From assembly GCA_045837725.1 (NCBI GenBank), contig JBEWZL010000011.1, positions 558,001 to 622,000 of the forward strand: a stretch of 64,000 nucleotides of DNA, given 5' to 3'. Below, one piece after another: positions 39,738-52,349 of this stretch (position 1 is its first letter; each line of letters begins with the position of its first letter). The stretch is from Vermamoeba vermiformis (taxonomy: Eukaryota). The notes beneath the pieces are model-generated. The model was not told the origin of the DNA and made no database searches. It worked only from the letters and a program-made list of their open reading frames with translations. Made by a program: the position numbers and the translations under genes.

Positions 39738-42700
39738 ATGGTCCGAATCATCTCTTTGCTCGCCATCTGCTGCCTCTTCGGTTGCATACTCGCACAAAGC
39801 TGCACTCCTACCACGCAGCAATTGACGCGCTGGAGCACCTTGTACGGTAGTCAAGGGGGCGACATTTCAATCACAGCTAACGTTCTGCTCGACATGAACG
39901 TGGACGTCACCTCGATCACCATCCAAGTAAGCTTAATTCCGTTTTCTGCTTTGAAAATTCGCGTCAATTTTAAATATGCAACTTGACGGGGCAATGCACT
40001 AACAGTATTTCCACTCAGCGTGGTGCGTCACTTCATTTCGATTGGACCAAGGATCTGAATGTAACAACACAGTACATCCTCAACTACGGTACTTTCAACA
40101 TTGGCTCGGAATCGTGCCCCTACTCGCGCAATGCCGTCATTTACTTGAAGGCAGGCAGCGATACTTATCCCAAGAGTAAGTTTCGCGAATTGATTGGATC
40201 TCCGTTTCAATTCAACTAACGCGCAATTATTACTCAGCAATCACCGGAGATGGTACTTATTCGCTCCACGGTGCTAAGGGATTGGGCAAGAGTTGGACTA
40301 AGCTCTCCGCCACCGCCTCCAAGGGTGCTACTACGATTTCAGTCGTCGATGAAGTGTTCACGTGAGTATTTTGCGGATGAAATTTCGGCTCAATTTGGAA
40401 ATTTAAATCGGTTTCTGAGCATTACAATAAACCGAAGCAAATTCACTAACCGTTCTATTCTAGCACCGACAGCTCAGGATGGAAAGTAGGCGATGAGATC
40501 GTGTTGGCGACCACTGACTACAGTCCCTATTTGAACGATCGCGTGACTATCGCTGAAGTGATTGACTCGCGCACTGTGCGTCTCTCACGTGCGCTCTCTT
40601 GGACCCACTTCGGTCAGATCGCGCAAGGTGTCGACATGCGCGGTGAAGTCGGTCTCTTATCGCGCAGCATCACTGTGATTGGTGCCCCTGACGGTCAACC
40701 ACAAGGCAAGGGCACTGGTGCCATCATCACCTTCGCTGCTGGCGACAATCTGCGCGTCACCGTGGAGGGTGTCAGCGTGGTCAACGGCGGTCAAAACGAG
40801 ATTGGCAAGTATCCGTTCCACTTCCATCTGGACGGCGTGATGCCGGACGGTACCTACTTGCGCGACTGCTCTGTGGTCGACAGCCACTTCCGCTGCGTGA
40901 CCATCCACGGCACTCACAACGTGGTGGTGCAGGGCAATGTGGCGTACAACAACATTGGTCACTGCTTCTTCATCGAGGACAGCGTCGAACAAAACAACAC
41001 CTTCGCGCACAATCTCGCCATACTCACCAAGGCCAAGACCTTCGCTCCTCGTCTCGGCAGCGATGAACTCGCCCTCTCCTCGTTCTGGATCACCAACACT
41101 TACAACGACTTCCAAGGCAACGTCGCAGTCGGCTGCGAGAACACTGGCTACTGGATCCAAGCACGTCAGTACGTCACTGGCCCCAGCTGGACTTCGGGTC
41201 AATGGCGCAACTACCGCCCCGTCAATCAGCCCCTCAAGAGCTTCAAGAACAACGTTGCGCACTCCTGCATGCACGGCTTGCAAGCTGACGGTCACGGCGG
41301 TGATCCTTACGACAGCCCCCCTGTCATCAACGTCGCTGGCACTGCCAACAACCCTGGTGGCTGGGCCCCTTCGATCCCTCCATTGATCGACAGCTACACT
41401 GCGTACAAGATTGGCTGGCGCGGTGTCTGGATGCGCACCTTCAACTTGACTCTCGACAACTGCCGCTTCTCCAACTGCTACGAAGGCCTGCAACTCGCCG
41501 CTGAAGGCACGCACCCCTTGCCCTCAGTGCAAGTCATTAGCAACAGCATTCTGGTTGGTTACTCTGACAACAAGGGCAACAACTACGAGGACGCCTTCCA
41601 ATTCTGGCTCGGCGGAGATTTCGGTACCTACAGCAAGGGCGAGGGTGGCTGGATGCCAGTGACTGGTCTCAAGCTCTACGACGGTCCTATTGTGCTCAAG
41701 AACAACATCTATCGCAACTATGCTGGTGTGCGTGTCGGCGGAGGTCCTCACGCAGCAGTCGGTGTGCGCTACTACAACCCCTTCATTATGATGGCCACCA
41801 ACGGTCTCACCGGCAGTCGCACGGACAACGTCGACACGATCAGCACGGTGATCGACAAGACTGGTGATGGTGGCAGAACCTTCAACATGCGCGATCTCGA
41901 TGGCAGCATCACTGGTCGCGTCATGTCCACCATGTTGGTCGACTATCCCTACTACCGCACACCCACTTGCATCACTGACTCCACGACCACGCGCGTGCCG
42001 CTCTTGTGTCCTCAACGCTACGTCAACTTGGCCGTGTTGGACTGGACCACTGACGGTGCCACCACCAACAAGATGTACATCACGCGCACGCAGCTCAGCG
42101 CAGATCAGTCCCCCAGCGATATGACACTGCCCTTCAACGGTCTCAACGGTGTCACTGGCAAGTGGCGCTGGCAACCCATCGTGAGCCCTGGCAGCGCGTA
42201 CTTGATCAACTTCGACAAGGCCTCTTCCTCGCTCGTGTTTGAGCTCGACAACGCCGAGATTGGCGACACTGTCACGCTCGCTGTCTGCTACCCGCGCGGT
42301 TCATCCGTCACTTCCGTGCAGCGCGGCAACACGATGATGGGCTACATCACCAACAACGACATCAATCGTGCCTCCACCACTACCACTAGCCGTCAAACTG
42401 TCACCGACAACAGCTACTACTACGACACGTCACGTGACATTTTGTTCTTCCGCATCAGTCAACGCTACGAGCGCACGCAGTACGGCAACTTGTGTCCCTC
42501 GACTGGTGGCTGCGACTTTGTCTGGGTCAATGCCAACATCCCCGCTGGTGCTGCACAGCGCACTGACTGCATCACCTCTGCCTTCTCTGGCGACTCTGTG
42601 CGCGACGGCTCTGCGACTTGGTTGACACGCCCCTTTGGCAATACCGTGCCCATCGGTACCGTCACTAACTCGCCTGTCACGCCTCCTGTCACTCCCCCTG

Positions 42701-43065
42701 TCGGTGCGCCTGTCAAGCCCCCCACTGCGCCTGTCACGCCTCCTGTCACCCCGCCTGTCGCTGCTCCTGTCAAGCCCAGCGCACCAGTCAGTGCCCCTGT
42801 CAAGCCTCAAGCTCCTGTCGCTGCACCCGTCAGCGCCCCTGTTGCAACCCCCGTGGAGACACCTGTCAACCCACCTGTCACCACTGAGACCCCTGTTGCT
42901 GACCCCACTGTGACACCTGTCAATCCACCTGTCACCACCGCTACACCCATCAGCAAGCCCACCGTCCCCGAACAACAATACCAAGCCGCACGTGACAGCA
43001 GTGCAGCTCAGACCAGCTCCGTCTTGATTGCCTTATTTGGCATGGTCCTCGCGCTCTTGTTCTAA
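39738..43065 (+). CDS. G8-domain, CEMIP/TMEM2-like beta-helix surface protein with Pro/Thr stalk and probable GPI signal
   Basis: Signal peptide; IGSESCPY; WTKL; WKVGDEIVLATTDY; GVDMRGEVGLLSRSI; GKYPFHFH; FRCVTIHGT; GHCFFIED; PVTPPV repeats; hydrophobic C-terminus. Confidence 0.88.
42670..42960 (+). repeat. Coding low-complexity repeat (PVTPPV/APVKP), rich in CCTGTCA
   Basis: Repeated gcctgtcacgcctcctgtcac and cctgtcaagcc units. Confidence 0.8.
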
Positions 43066-43258
43066 GAACAGCGCTGTACAAATCTGTATAGTTCTCGTTA
43101 GACTAGTGTAAATCTTTGTGCATATTGTAATCCCCTGTATAGTCCCTAGAAGTAAACTACTCATTACTATTATATGAACTCGTTTTCGTTCTGCGATTAG
43201 TGTTCCTTTTTGTTGCTCGAACAACTAACACGCATCAGCTTCACACATCGATCTAAAT

Positions 43259-46200
43259 ATGAAGCGAACTGCGAGCGAAGTCAACGGCTCAGATCCACAA
43301 GCCAACAAGGTACGTTGAGATTGTACGGGTTATTTGATCTTGGATCTGATCTCATCTACGGTTTAGAAACGAAAGATAGATGACACTAATAAAAAGAAAG
43401 TCACATTTAATGTTGCTGAAGATACACAAGAAGAACAACCACGATCCAAATCCAAATCCAAATCCCGAGTTAACGAGGAATTAAGTTTAGAACAAATTTT
43501 ACGCAAGTTGAACGCCAAAGAAAATGAAGATATTATAAGAGGTACGAACATTCGGTATTTAAAATATTATTTGAATTTTTGCCCCGCGATCGCGGGATAA
43601 ATGGATCTCAGAAGTCACTAAATGGTTGTTTACAGCACTGGGAGCACTACGATCGCCCATGATCACATTCTTACAAAAGTACAAGACGCCCTTTCTGCGC
43701 GGGCGACACACACCCAATCCAGCAGCAGCAGATGAGCCCGCGACGGTGGCCGATCAGTACGTGACAGCCTCGCCCGAGTGCAACGAACTGTTCTGGCTGT
43801 TGGAGGAACACTTCAAGGTCAATCGCTCGGACCCAGTCTGCGTGGAGGTCGTGCGCGTGTTGGAGACGCTGTTGGCGTACAGTCAAGCGCGGCCTCAACT
43901 GCGCGGGCTGGATCTGGTGCTGAGTCGCAAAGTGCTGCACTCGAGCTACAGTCTCAAGGCCCTCTATCACCACCTCAGCGGCGAGGACTACTTGGCAGTC
44001 AATGTCACGCTGCGGTTCATGTGCCAGCTGATTCAGATCTCACCGCTGATGGCGCGTCAACTGTTTGACAGCATCGACCTGTCATTCAAAGCCTTCGATC
44101 GCTTGGCTGACAAGCGTCAAAATCGCGCCGTCAAGCACCACGTCAACTTTGAACGCGATGCGCGCACGTGGTATGTGCGTCTGGGCCTGAGCGTGCTGTC
44201 ACTCGATGACATGTCGCTGACACGCGAGGCCTTGAGTGCTGTCACCGTGTCATCGGCTGTCACTCCGAGCACGGGACAGGACAGTCACGTGGCAGTCTCG
44301 TCCGATCGATCGCTCGCTGCGGTGTTGCGTCCGATCTATCAGAACACATTTGCCAAAATTGGCGAAGACTGTCCCGAGCTGATCGAAGAGATTTTGACAG
44401 TATTTCACGATCACGTGCTGTGCCACAAGACACTGAACAAAAAAGTCAAAACGCTGTTCTTCAACTCGTTCATTCTCGAACAGCTCGCCAAGCTGTACAA
44501 TCACGTGACTGTCGAGGGCCAGGACGAGGGCAAGTTAGTCGAGCACGTGGACAGATTCATGAACGCGCTGTGCTGTCACTCCGACACTGGCATCATCTAT
44601 CCCATCAACATGTAGGTCACGTGATTGATTTGAAGTGCCGTGTACTAATTAGGCAATAACTAGGTGGCAGGCAATGCAGCAAGAAGAGAGTCTGTTGCGC
44701 GAACACTACGCTAAAAATAGCAGCGACACGCGTCAAATGTCAAACGGCGACTCCAACGAAGAAGATGCAATGACAGCCATGTCACGTGACGTGTCCAGCG
44801 GAGGTCGCTCCGTGAGTTTGAAGAACGTGATGGTGCTCAAATTATTCCGCCACTTGAAGCCACAGCTGAGTGCACGCCAGCAACGCCTGATCTGTCACGT
44901 GCTCGTCACGTGCTGGGACATCAGACGCGCGTACTTGACGCAGCTCGGTACGATGAGTGCCACCACGGGCTCGCAGACCAGCATGGCCCTCGATCCGCGT
45001 CCGAGCTATATTTGGCTGCTGAATCTCAACTTCATCACGCACCTCATCCACGACACCATTGCCTATTTAGGAAGTGCTGACAATCTCGTCGCGAACAGAC
45101 CACGTGACTTGCGCGCAGTCGATCACGTGCTCAGTCAAGTGTTCGGCATGCTCGTGCCCCACGTGATCACGCGTCGCTTGTTGACACACGGCGTGTTGCA
45201 CCAGCACCGATTGGTCAGCTATCACGTGCTGCAGTTGCTCCGACACATTCACCGCCTTTATTCCGCACTTGCTGCGGCACTCATCGATCTCGGACACGGA
45301 GATGAATCGGCGGAACAATTGCGCCTCACTGTCACGCAACGACTCGCCGCTGATCTTAAAAAGAGATTTCCCGATCTGCAAACGATCTTTGCACTCAAAG
45401 CACGACTGACCCTGGGCGAGACCCCTGAAGGTGCCAGCAATCAATTGCCTTATATGGAATTCTTGGCTGTGTTGCGCGCGTACTTGACGTCGTTCCCAGA
45501 AGAATTCTTAGCGAACAAAATTGACCTCGGAAAAACTCTGTTGACCAGCCTTGACCGCGCACACGATCACGTGCTCGGCTTGCAACTCAGACTGCTGCTC
45601 AGCGCGGCGAATCTAAAATTAGACGCAGCGGGCCAACACTCGCTCCTAAAATGGAATGCCCCCATCACCGACGAGACGCAGACCTCTGACCACGGTGGTC
45701 AGACCCAATTGAGTGCCCTGCTGCAGCTCATGAGCGAAATTTCATCCGAATCCAGCAACGGAGGAGTGCTGCTCAATCTCGTGCAGCAGATTATGCTGAG
45801 CAGCGAGCTGTTCGACTTTGATCACCGCGTGTCACGTGACGAGCAGTGTTTGGAAGTGATCACGTGGCTGCACCAGTTCGGCACTGCGCCCTGGTCACGT
45901 GTCCTGCAGCACGCACTGAGCCTCACGCACGCACAGCCGTATCATCTCGCGGACAGATTGCGCCAGATCAGTCACGTGACACGCTGCTGTCAGCTGTCAC
46001 TCGTGTCATTCGGTGCCCTGGCCCATCACGTCACTCTCGCGCAACACTCGCCGTCACGTGACGAATTCTACGAGCGATTGGTGCGCGTGCTCGCGTGGCA
46101 GACTCGGCGCCCTGGTGGAGTACTCGCGACAGCACTGGCCCTGCACGTGACGCATCAACTGCCGCAACTGCCTGCCCAATTTAGACTTGAGGTCGATCAC

Positions 46201-49200
46201 GTGCTCGCAGCGAGTAAAGCAGAGCTGTCAGCACTGGACAGCGCACACGAGCACGTGCCCGACCAGTTCGCATCATTGTTACTATATTTGGCAATGGCAC
46301 TCGCACTGTCACGAGGCGATGCGGTGTCCGATGCACTGAGTCACGCGATGGATCAAGAACAGCGAAATTTCGAGCAGAAATGGTCACGTGTCTGGACGTC
46401 AAAAGTGTCAAACAGCGTGCTGCAGCAATTCTTGGCGACACTCGGCACTAAATTTAGCTTCTCCGTGCTGCAGACTGGCCTGGTCAATTCCCCGAAACTC
46501 AGTCACGTGCTGGAACACCCCGAGTTGACACTTGACACGCTGCTGGCACATTATTTGCACCCTCGTCTCGTGCTCAATCTCGCTGCGGAGATTTCAGTGC
46601 CGCAACACTTGACGGTGCAAAGTGCCATTTATGGTAAAGTGCTGTCAGAGCTCGATCAGGGCGATGATCACGTGCTCATGTCTCTCACGCACCACGTGAC
46701 ACATCACGTGACACTGTTGCTGGCCATGTATCGCCAGGGCCTGGTTCCCAGTGACAGGTGTCAAACACTGCTCCACATGTTGACATTCAGCTTCGAATTG
46801 CTTGATTTGGTAGTGCTGCGCTGTCCTGAGCACGCTTTGACACGTGTCATCGCAGACAGAGTGTTTGGAGCTGACGAGTTGACGCGTCTATTTTTAGCCG
46901 AGGACTCTGTTGTCGGTCTGCGACTCACGCACCGTAAGTATTGCAGCAATTATTTTGACACCTGTCATTTGCTGACATGCGCGCAGATCTCGCCGCGCTG
47001 CTCGAGTCCTTCGTTCAGCGAACAACCAGTGCCAGTCAGTCACGTGACGCGCTGCTGCATCAAATCTCCGCAGCGGTGCTGACAGGCAGTCACGTGATGC
47101 AAGTGACAGCACTGCGCTTGTTGATCGTGTTTCATGAACACGTCACTGCCACTGACCTGTCACGCGCTGTCAATCACGTGCTTGCCGTGCCAGTCAGTCA
47201 GCGCCACGTGTCAGTGATCGATCTCGTGCTCCAGATTATCAATCTCACGCTGGACAGTGCGGCGGAATTATTGGTCCTGGACTCGCTGTCAATTCGCCAC
47301 TTGCTTGAATGGCACGTGACAGCACTCGACAGCAGTCACAGCCACGTGATTGCGCGACTCATTCTCCATTCACTGAACGGCACTTCACAACACGCGCAGC
47401 TCGTACTGGCTCACACAGCAAAAATAGTCGCAAATACCTATTTTAAGCATCTGTCACGTGACCGCAGTGCAGTGCTGAGTGCCCTGTTGACAGCTGATTT
47501 GACACTTTTGACATGCTACGAACAGTTCTTGCTTGACACGCGCTGTCCTGTGCCCAAATATGGTCAAGTCACTTTGGATCACGTGTTAACGAATCATCTC
47601 CCGCGCGAGATTGCAACGAGATCGACTAGGGCTGACAGTACTCTGCGGTGGTTCTTTGCAGTCACCAGGGCCTACTGTCACGTGATCGATCGCTTGGCCC
47701 CGACCGCGAGCACTCAGCGCGTGATTGATTCACTGAACGAGCATTACCGTCACGTGCTGCTGTACTGGGCACTGACTGAGGACTGCGAGGACGTGCAGCA
47801 CGTGTTGCATTTCCTAATTAAGAAACATCCACTCCAACAGGCGCAGCTTGCTAAGCTGGTGAATGCAGTGGCACTGAACGGAGCTAAATTTAGCACCAGA
47901 CTGCTGTTGGAGCTCGTGAATGACACGCATGACACGCACGTCAAACTCGATGTCATTCGCCATTCACTGAACCACATCGCCGACACACGCGCGTCTGACT
48001 GGTGTCAAATCAAGACACGTGTCACTTGGCTGCCTGCAAACGATGACGCAGTTCAGCTATTGACGCGTGTCACCAAGGCACTCTTGTCGCACGATCTTCA
48101 CCGCGACGCGCTGGCCCTGATCGAGACAGCTGTCAACGCTCAAAATAGCCTCGCACTGTCACGTGATGTCCTCCAACAGCTGTCACTTCATTTGCAGTTT
48201 GCAGCTTCACTCACCAACGACCTGGCCCCACACGTGCTGGCAGTAATATTGCAATGCTTCAAAGCTATTAATAGCAGCGACGCCGCTCTGGACGAAGAAC
48301 TGCAACGCTTGCTGACAGCAGTGACACGTGTCATCTTGTTGACATATGATGGCACGCTTACTCAGACTGGAGTGCTGCGACGATTGATTTTCACTGAATA
48401 CGACCGCACATGCCACCAATTGACACGTCGCGTCACACACCTCAGTTTGACACCGCTGATGACCCTGGTAGAGCGCGGCTATTGGGGCGATGACAAGTAT
48501 CGCGACCAAATTTGGCAACAACTGTTAACTGAACACGAAGGTCGCCCCAATGAGCTTCTGTTCACTTTCCTAAATAGGAAAACAGAGGCGAGTCACCTGA
48601 CGAGCTGTCAAACCCTGCTCTTCGAGGGCAAATTACTCGATTTGGACAAAATGAAGTTCACCGTGAAGAATTTCCCGTGCGGCTATCAGTCGAGTGCAGA
48701 CAATGACACTTTGACACGTGTCACTGAATACGACAGCGCGCAGTGTTATGACCCGCTGATGACACTTGTCATTTGTCGACATCTGATGGATCAGTTTGTG
48801 ACACGTGTCAAAACCAATCAAGCACTCAAGACCGCAACCGATCACGTGACCGACACTGACAGCCTCGTGTTGACACTGATTGACGTGCACAAGTTGATCG
48901 ATTCAGGAGTTATTCCGCTCGCTGCTGTCGCAATGAGCTCCGAAGACACGACCGTGCGGCAACTGGCCTATCACGTGATTGCTTCGTTCCAAATCATCGT
49001 CCAGGTATGACCTAATTAGGCAATGAACGAACCGAGCTAATATTTCCTAATTAAGCACTCGCCATCGATCAAAGAAGGGCCGCAATTGTTGCAATTACTC
49101 AAAGTGCTGAACAACACTGTCACATTGCCTAATATGGTATTGCCCAATGCTCTCACGCAGTTCTTGGCCCAAGCCTTTGCAGTTCTTTTGCGCCCCTCGC

Positions 49201-50579
49201 ACCCGCACTACGGTCACGTGTGTGGCACGCTGCTGTCACGGCCCATTCTCCGCGATGACACTTTGCCACTCTGGCGCGCACTGTGGACCTCTGTCGATCG
49301 ATCGGCAGCCATCTCGCAGCTGACGCGGTCAACGAAAAGTCAAAGTGACGTTCGCTTGCTTTCACTGAAGCGCGTGACGAGCAAGGTGCTGGCATGGTGC
49401 CACTCGTTTGCAGTCGGTGCTGGCACGCTTGCAGGACAGCAATGCGATGCTGTCGTCAAGGTATTTACCTAATTAGGCAATCGCGCAGTGTACTGATCTA
49501 TTTTTAGCTGCTCGAACACACCGTGACACTCTGGCGCACTCATAGACCAATCGCGGACGACGAAGCTGAAATTTCGCTCTCGTACTGGCTGCAGGACGAA
49601 GGACTCATCACGTGGCTCGATCACGTGATTTCATCGCTCGTGCAACCGCGTTCAGTGAACGACAAGTTGACAGCAGGCGCGTGGCTGGCACCTGATGACC
49701 GTCGTCGGCTGTTGGAGAGCTGTCTAAATTTGGTGCTGACAATCATTGCAGTTCTGCACCAACAGCCGCAGCTCAAGTTGACAGCACTGTCCGCGGCACT
49801 GCAGGTACGCGCTGAGTGGTGAAATGTGCCACCTTCCTAATTTGTCTATTCAGGCCCTGAGCGACAATCTCGTGCACGTGATCACCGTGCTGCACCAATC
49901 ACGTGACTGCACGCCGCAACTGCTGAACACCGCGGTGACTGTCATGCACCACGTCACGTGTCACGTGTCAAAGCGAGTGCCGTACAAGATGTCATTCCGC
50001 ACCGAGCAAATCATTGCATTAATTTCCGTTCATGAAGAGCTCCACGTGACTGATCAAGCCCTGGTGGAGAAATTGATCGGAATAATTGTGCACAACCACT
50101 ATGGCCATCAACTTGCGAGTCAATCAATGACACGTGTCATTCAGTGGACTGCGCAACAGTTGTTCCGCTTGACTTCGCTGGAGCATCTCTTATTGCCTTA
50201 TTTGGAATGGCTGAACGCGCTCTTTGACCACGCCGCTCTGCACGTGACACTGACTGGCCTCACTGAGCACGTGATGCGCCTCTATTACCAAATCGGGACA
50301 TTGCCACCAGCACTGACACACGCGACACTTCGCGCAATCAACCGTTTGACACTTCAACTCGTATTGCGACTGCGTGTGGTACCCAAGTTGACAGATGTCA
50401 ATCAGCGACTTCTGTCTGAGCTGTTGACACGTGTCCCTGACCGCGGAGATATCACGGAGATTAACGAACAAGTGCATCACGAACTGACTGCCATATTTGT
50501 ACAAAAGTGGTGGAAGTCTGCGCTAATCCAATCCGCGCCTGAGTTCGATGAGATTGCACGGAGATTGCGCCAAAAATAG
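43259..50579 (+). CDS. URB1: Nucleolar pre-ribosomal-associated protein 1 (Npa1/URB1)
   Basis: Very long helical protein; RTWYVRLGLS, LDPRPSYIWL, YDPLM, LAAVAMSSEDTTVRQLAY, LLRPSHPHY blocks as in Npa1/URB1. Confidence 0.8.
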
Positions 50580-50763
50580 ACTTTTTTGTAAATAAAAATC
50601 AACGTCATTTGTCACGCAATTTGTTGTGAAAAAATTGTTCATTAGCGCCGTGAACGAGCACGCCTTGTCAGCACTGCACTACAGGCCAGTCCTATATTGC
50701 TGGATACTTATTATTGTCTATTGTAGTGCATATATTATATACTATAGATAATATATCATCGAT

Positions 50764-52347
50764 ATGACCACGCAATCGAGCGATAAAATTGCCTTGCCAC
50801 AGCCTGGCTCTGGATTTGCTTTTGTTCACTCCAAAGAACTCGCTGAATTGAGCGAACAGCACCCGAAGATGAAACACAAGGTACTGTAGTGTTCATTGCC
50901 ACTCATTGCATGCGTCGATTTAGATCAGGCAATTTTAAAATAAATTAGCCGATCAAATCCACTACTCAAGTGCTGCAATTTGTCTCTCTTATGAATGCTA
51001 AACAGTGCTAATATAGGCCAAATTAATACACTATTTTGGAGCGCTATCGGGCCTATGGAATCGCATTCCTATGATCTCACCGCCACTCGCAGATCGCGAC
51101 GAGTTATTGGCCTATCACTCCGAGGAGTATTTGAAGTAAGTCACGTGATGCGTACAAATGTAACTTCGTACTCAATGTTGGCGCAGTACTCTGTCCGAGG
51201 TGTCCAAAGCACGAGCAGGCGAGGACTCAGATTCTGAATCAGATTCGGAAGACCTCCGCGCGCGCGTGGTCGAAGCAGGACTGACTGGCGAGTGCGCAGC
51301 GTGGCCTGGACTCTGGAAGTGGTGTCGCGCACTCGCTGGCGGAATATTAGCCTCGGTCGAATTGTTGCAAACACCCGCGCGTCAGTTACACACTTGCCTA
51401 TTTTGGCTCGGTGGCAGACACCACGCCAAAAAAGACGAAGCGAGTGGCTTCTGTTACATCAACGATACCGTATTAGGCAAGTTCTATTTTTAGATGTCAG
51501 TCAGCGCTGACCACGTGACAGGTGTGCTCAAACTGCTCGAAGAGACGGAGCTGCGCATACTATATTTGGACATTGACATCCACCACGGTGACGCCGTGCA
51601 AGACGCGTTTTATTATACGGACAAAGTGCTATTTTTAGACTTTCATCGCTTTGACTCGGGATTCTTCCCAGGCACCGGAGCCGTCTCCGAAATTGGGGCT
51701 GGCACTGGAAAATATTACAGTAAGTTATTTTAGATCCTTGTTCACAGCCCCTATTTGACACGTGTCATCCAGCTGTCAATGTGCCACTCCACGAAGGAGT
51801 GTCCGACAAGCAGTACGTCCACGTGTTCAAAACGATCACTGAGGCTGCATTCAAACGATTTAATCCGCAATTCATTTTCTTTAATTGGTAAGTGCCTTCT
51901 TTTGACTGGCCTATTCACTGAAATGCCTGTAGTGGCGCTGATTGTCTCGTTGGCGATCCCCTTGGAGGATTCAATGTGACACTTGCTGGCATTCAAGAAA
52001 TTGTCCGCTTTGTTGATGACCTGCGTACGCGTGTTGTTGACAGCCACGTACACAAAACACCCATGGTTGTGCTTGGCGGTGGTGGCTATGACTTGCGCAA
52101 CGTTATTAACATGAGCATGGTTGTTTCTCACACACTTTTGCACAATTGTGATGAAGAGTTTGCAACAAAGCACCCAGAAACCAAAAACAGAACTGATTTT
52201 GTGGAGAGTTACATCACTGAGGTCAGCAGCAAAATCAAGCGTAGCACTGTGGGCTCAAGTCCAAATACGAATAAGCAAACATACATTGACAGCTTGCTTG
52301 CCCAAGTGCTTGCAAACATTCTCCATCTCCCCAATAATAGTGAATAA
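50764..52347 (+). CDS. HDAC8: Class I histone deacetylase, HDAC8-like
   Basis: WLGGRHHAKKDEASGFCYINDTVLG, ILYLDIDIHHGDAV, GFFPGTG, GADCLVGDPLG, LGGGGY. Confidence 0.88.
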
Positions 52348-52349
52348 AT

